From Paramoeba atlantica (lineage: Eukaryota; Protista; Discosea), in the NCBI GenBank assembly GCA_977017575.1, contig CDRNVI010000148.1, positions 186,001 through 250,000 on the forward strand: a stretch of 64,000 nucleotides of DNA. The letters run 5' to 3'. A program made the position numbers and the translations under genes. How positions within the stretch are numbered: position 1 is the stretch's first letter; the number at the start of each line of letters is the position of its first letter. The notes beneath the pieces are model-generated. The model did not search any database, was not told the origin of the DNA, and saw only the letters and a list, made by a program, of their open reading frames with translations. Positions 60,001 to 64,000 of the stretch are shown here, in pieces.

Positions 60001-60961
60001 AGTATTTTCTTTTCTTTCCCTTCTCAAAAAAAATATTTTCAGAATTAAATCTATTTTTTAAAATAGTGGTCTATGTTCATCAAATTCTTCCATTTTCGGA
60101 AAGGAATACCGAAAAATTTTATATTTTTGCCACAACAAATCGCAATTATGAATCTGTGATTGTATTTAATATTGATATTCATTCAAATGTCCCCAGGTTT
60201 TCTTTTCTTTCTACTCTCCCCCTTTTTCTCTTTCTCTCCTCTCTTTTTGAAGATTATTATGATGCATTCTGGTAACACCGGATTAAAAAACTGATCTTTC
60301 TTCTCCCTCTTCTCTCTCTCTCTTCTTCTTCTCTCTTTCAAATAGATGTATGGGGTTAGACTCAATCGGAACAGCAAATTCTGACTATGCATTTTCGACT
60401 GTTTCTTCGACAAAAGAACAAAATGGTTGTTTTTTGGGGAGGAAAAGTTCTGTTATTCTTCGAAAACGACATCATGGTTTTCTCTTTTTTCTCTTTTCTC
60501 TTGTTTCCTTTTCTTGTTTTCTCTCCTTTATCTTTTTGTTTTATAACTCTCTTCTCTCTTTATTTCACAAGAATGCTTCGATACAAGAACAGACAAAGTG
60601 GAAGTTGAATTTGAAGGTTCATGTCGTTGTACAAGTGAAGATTATGAGTGTGCTCCTGGTTATACTCGTTCATTTAATGCGCCATACATGGTAATTTATT
60701 TTATCTCTCTCTCTTTTTTTTGTTTGTTGGGGAAGTAAAATGAATTGAGATTGAGAAAAAAATTGAGTTATTTAAGATTTGTTTTTTTTTTTGGTTTGAG
60801 GTGTTGTTCAAGAAAAAACCTTTTTTCTTCTTTCTTTGACTCGACTTTTCTTTTTCTTTTGGTTTCTTGTTTTTCAGGACAACGATTGTTATCTTATCGG
60901 AGGTGGTGCAAGAGAGCAACACGAAAATCAAAGGATATTAGGGGGTGACTATTGTACATAA
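57052..60961 (+). CDS. VPS10/sortilin-domain protein (many exons), no TM or cytosolic tail found
   Basis: Signal peptide; BNR motifs (YLTKDFGETW, LYVSSDNGKSF, TFLSLDAGWT); CSLHL; APGLIISTGNMG; 10CC region CFLGRK...SCRCTSEDYECAPGY...GGDYCT*. Confidence 0.75.
58877..58947 (+). tRNA. trnG-TCC: tRNA-Gly(TCC), inside VPS10 intron 58819..59042, sense to the host gene
   Basis: GCGCTGC/GTGGCGC acceptor stem, TCCGC-CTTCCAA-GCGGA anticodon arm, CCGGG-TTCGATT-CCCGG T arm, A73, then a T-run. Confidence 0.93.
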
Positions 60962-61089
60962 AATTTCTCCTCTCCTTCTATCGAATATTTAAAAAATAAA
61001 TAAACAATGTAATTTCCCTGCAACTTTTGTGAAGTCAGATATCATCAATTTTTCTTGAATTAGGGGGAAAAAAAGAACTCTTTCAACTC

Positions 61090-62520
61090 CTAAAACGAAG
61101 ATGTCACTGCTGAAAACAAGGACCCCCAGTTCCTATTAGTCATGTGCAGAGATGGGACGAGCTTCTTGCACAATTCCTGACCATCTGATGTGTTGACCCG
61201 CTTTAAATTCTTGTGCAGGCCGTCGACTCGGACCCACTTTTGTTTCTGACAGACTTCTTTGAGGATTTTGCGCATCTTTACCGCTTGGCTCTTATTCGGG
61301 TTGTTGAGGAGAGTTGATAAAGCTGGAATGCGCTGCTCCATTCTCATTAAAGCAGTCAAGGCATATTCAACCAGACAATCAGCACACAAAAGCCGTTGAG
61401 CCACACTTCGAGCATTTTCCACTAAATATTTACGTTCTTCTGGATTGTTCAAGATCTGAAACACAACTAATTGTGCTGTCTTTCTGTCAATCACTCTGTG
61501 TGTATGTTTGTCCGTGAGAGCAGGGGAGTACCACTGTTCCGCCCCATCTTTTCCAATCATTGGTCCAGTCCATATCAAAACAACGCCACCCATCAACCAC
61601 AAATGATTAAGGTTACGAGAGTAACTTCCTCGTGTACTCCCAGGGAGGTCGAGAACCATTGAGAAGTCTGAGAAATTTTTGTGTGGAACAGATTTCCCAT
61701 GAATCGGGGTGCAGTCAGACAACGCCTCGATTTCAGAGTGAGTATAGTTGTAAATGTTCGAGCAAAGTGTGCGGTCCCACTTCTGGGGACAATCTGTGAC
61801 TTTCACATCAAACAATTTTGGGTGGGTAACAGACATGGTCGCAGCTGACAACCTTGCGAACCTTCCTGAGAGATATTCACATCTTGTCATATTGGACAAC
61901 CAATTCAACTTCCCTCGCCAAAAAACTCGATGGGTTCTTGCCTTCCAATCCTTCTGCTCCGCAATCTTCAACAAATTTGACATTTCAACTTTCCAGGAAG
62001 ACAAGTCACTGAAATAGGGGTTGGGGAACAGAATCCCGCGTGGGTGAGGATACTTTTTGGCAATCACAAAAGTCGGAATGGGAGGATACTCTGGAGAAAG
62101 TTCGCCGACAGAACCTGAGGAAAATGAATACCCAATTTTCTTCTTTTTCAATTGTTCGAGATACTCAGCCACCGGGCGGCTCAACTGCCAGTTTCGACCA
62201 GACAAGATCGACCACATGAACCTCAAATGCAGACGATTCTTCATTTCATTCAGGAAACTCTCTTGAGCGTACAACTTCCCATTCACAATCCAAATTCCCC
62301 CCGAGACATTGAGGTGGTTGATCAACAAACTCGGAGCTGGATCTTCTGCTTTGTTGATTCTTTCAGCGTCGAACTCGATCGATTGGTCCAGGACCTGGTA
62401 CACCCTCGCCATGGCACCTTTCCAATCATATTTCGATTGACCCTTGACCAACCGCGAGAATGAAAAACACAAGAGGAGGAGAAAAAGGAGTTTCGTACCA
62501 CTCCAAGAAGAGCTGGACAT
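61090..62520 (-). CDS. Glycosyltransferase family 90 (CAP10/POGLUT-like), type II membrane, intronless
   Basis: N-terminal hydrophobic anchor; ILFPNPYF, WKARTHRVFWRG, LDLPG..GSYSRNLNHL..GGVVLIW, EQWYSPAL, ENARSVAQRLL. Confidence 0.75.
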   Translation of the reverse strand: MSSSSWSGTKLLFLLLLCFSFSRLVKGQSKYDWKGAMARVYQVLDQSIEFDAERINKAEDPAPSLLINHLNVSGGIWIVNGKLYAQESFLNEMKNRLHLRFMWSILSGRNWQLSRPVAEYLEQLKKKKIGYSFSSGSVGELSPEYPPIPTFVIAKKYPHPRGILFPNPYFSDLSSWKVEMSNLLKIAEQKDWKARTHRVFWRGKLNWLSNMTRCEYLSGRFARLSAATMSVTHPKLFDVKVTDCPQKWDRTLCSNIYNYTHSEIEALSDCTPIHGKSVPHKNFSDFSMVLDLPGSTRGSYSRNLNHLWLMGGVVLIWTGPMIGKDGAEQWYSPALTDKHTHRVIDRKTAQLVVFQILNNPEERKYLVENARSVAQRLLCADCLVEYALTALMRMEQRIPALSTLLNNPNKSQAVKMRKILKEVCQKQKWVRVDGLHKNLKRVNTSDGQELCKKLVPSLHMTNRNWGSLFSAVTSSF

Positions 62521-62624
62521 CCAAGAGAAAGGAAGAAACAGAAACTGTTGCAACAAGAAACAACGAAAGTGTTTCGTGAACTCCTCATTCAAGAAGTCTT
62601 ATTTTTCCTTTTCTTTCAGAAGAT

Positions 62625-62695
62625 GCGCTGCTAGTCTAGTGGCAGGATGTCCGCCTTCCAAGCGGACGGGCCGGGTTCGATTCCCGGGTGGCGCA
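62625..62695 (+). tRNA. trnG-TCC: tRNA-Gly(TCC), second identical copy, between divergent genes
   Basis: Sequence identical to 58877..58947. Confidence 0.93.
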
Positions 62696-62828
62696 TATTT
62701 TTTTCCTTTTTTTTTTTTTCCTTTTTTCTCTTTTGTCTTTTCTTTTTCTTTTTGGAATTGGTTTCCTTTTGTTCTTTCTCTTTTCCCTCTCTCCTTTTCT
62801 CTCTCTTCTCTCTCTCTTTCTCTTCCTC

Positions 62829-63866
62829 ATGGCAAATGGTGATTCCACATGGTCCTCTGTGGACCATTCAGACCCTCTCGTCACTTCAGAATTCGATGTT
62901 TTCCTTTTCTCTTCTCGTTTCTCATCTCCTTTCTCTCATCTCCTTCTCTCTCATCTCCTCCCTTTCTCACTCCACAAAAAAGGTAGAACTTTCTCATAAA
63001 AAAATCAAATATTCAATTAATCGAGAAAGTGGAGAACTGAAAGCTTTTTTTGAGAGCCCAGGCTTTGCTCCAACAAATCTTTTCTTCCCTCAAATTTACT
63101 CATTTGATGATGTTTCTCTTTTTCTTTGTCTTTGTCTTTTTCTATTTTCCTCTCTTTGATCCTTTTCCCTTTCTTTTTTATTTCGCAATAATGAAAAGGA
63201 AAAAAAATAGACACACCAAAAGACTTTTTCTTTCAAACTTGGAATCAATCCATGTGTTGTAATTGGTCCCTTTCTTTTTCTTCCACTTGCTCTTTTTCCC
63301 TTTTCCCTTTCACAATCTTCTCTCTCTCCCACAGGAGCGGTAGGTCGAGAAAGAGAAACAGAAGAAAATTGTCTTTTCGAAGGAGAAATAGCAATTAAAT
63401 CAACAACAATTGGTGGTGCTCCTGATCAACTGGCGAAATATCCTGCTGTTTGGGAACAGATGAGTTCTTTTGAATTGGTTCTTGATTTGGCGAAAAAGTT
63501 TTTCTTTTTCTTTTTCTTTTATGATTTTGATTTCGGTTTTGATTTTGATTTTAATTTTGATTTTTTTTTTGCAGAACTCTTGATTTTACAGTTGATGGAA
63601 AATTAATTGACACAATTTCTTATGCTCACAAAAGTTTGTCATTTTCTTTTTAAATTAGATTAATACTCTCCTCAAAAATTGATTCAGGTTCCGAATGGGA
63701 GAGAGGATTTCGGATTGGCATTTGTGGTTATGTGAGAACAACACTCTTGATGGTTTTTTATTCCCTTCCTTTTCTTGAAAATATTCACAATTTCTAAAAT
63801 TGATATTATCTTTTTTCCAAGTCTACGTTAGGTGGAACTAATATAAAACCTGCAAAAAGAGCATGA
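62829..63866 (+). CDS. Hypothetical spliced protein
   Basis: Open exons MANGDSTW...|VELSHKKIKYSINRESGELKAFFESPGFAP...|...GEIAIKSTTIGGAPDQLAKYP...|TLDFTVDGKLIDTISYAHK|FRMGERISDWHLWLCENNTLD|...GGTNIKPAKRA*. No family recognised. Confidence 0.5.
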
Positions 63867-64000
63867 AACAAAACAAGAAAAAAAAACCAAACATGAAATC
63901 CAAAAAGAAAATTGTTCCCTCCCAGAATTTTCTTTATTTAGTTTAAAATTGTATTATTACTATATATGGTAAAAATATTAATTTTGGGTTTTTTGAAGTT

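Noticed and set aside
60961-63866. VPS10 gene continuing past GT90 into the 62829+ exons (nested-gene model)
   Set aside because: The downstream exons show no VPS10 or TM features and begin with their own ATG after a pyrimidine-rich leader that lacks an AG. Not fully excluded without cDNA.

Overview
Compact, AT-rich, intron-rich eukaryotic DNA in the standard genetic code, from a free-living protist (probably amoebozoan-like; this is an inference). About 28 protein-coding genes were reconstructed by hand from ORFs and GT..AG introns. They include MRPL24, a claudin-like protein, RPL22, CHMP7, LSM5, CWC22, pyroglutamyl peptidase I, a Nudix hydrolase, three PA-domain M28 aminopeptidases, a PhyH-like dioxygenase, ATG2, an MST/Hippo kinase, two Mpv17 paralogs, ZC3HC1/NIPA, TPP1, 14-3-3, an AGC kinase, ARPC3, a VPS10-domain protein and a GT90 glycosyltransferase. 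There are four complete tRNA genes. The most notable observations are: (1) a structurally intact tRNA-Ser(TGA) 3' half with no 5' half, inside an intron; (2) tRNAs sitting in sense orientation in enlarged introns, with the T-run terminator inside the 3' pyrimidine tract; (3) a PRDM-like PR/SET plus zinc-finger gene, an architecture normally considered metazoan; (4) an ice-binding-protein-like beta-roll fused to a RING finger; (5) a mosaic M28 triplication with hypervariable patches; (6) a GGFGQPQ repeat insertion in ATG2; and (7) a trefoil/polyproline secreted protein. Exon boundaries are manual and approximate, and no database searches were run.
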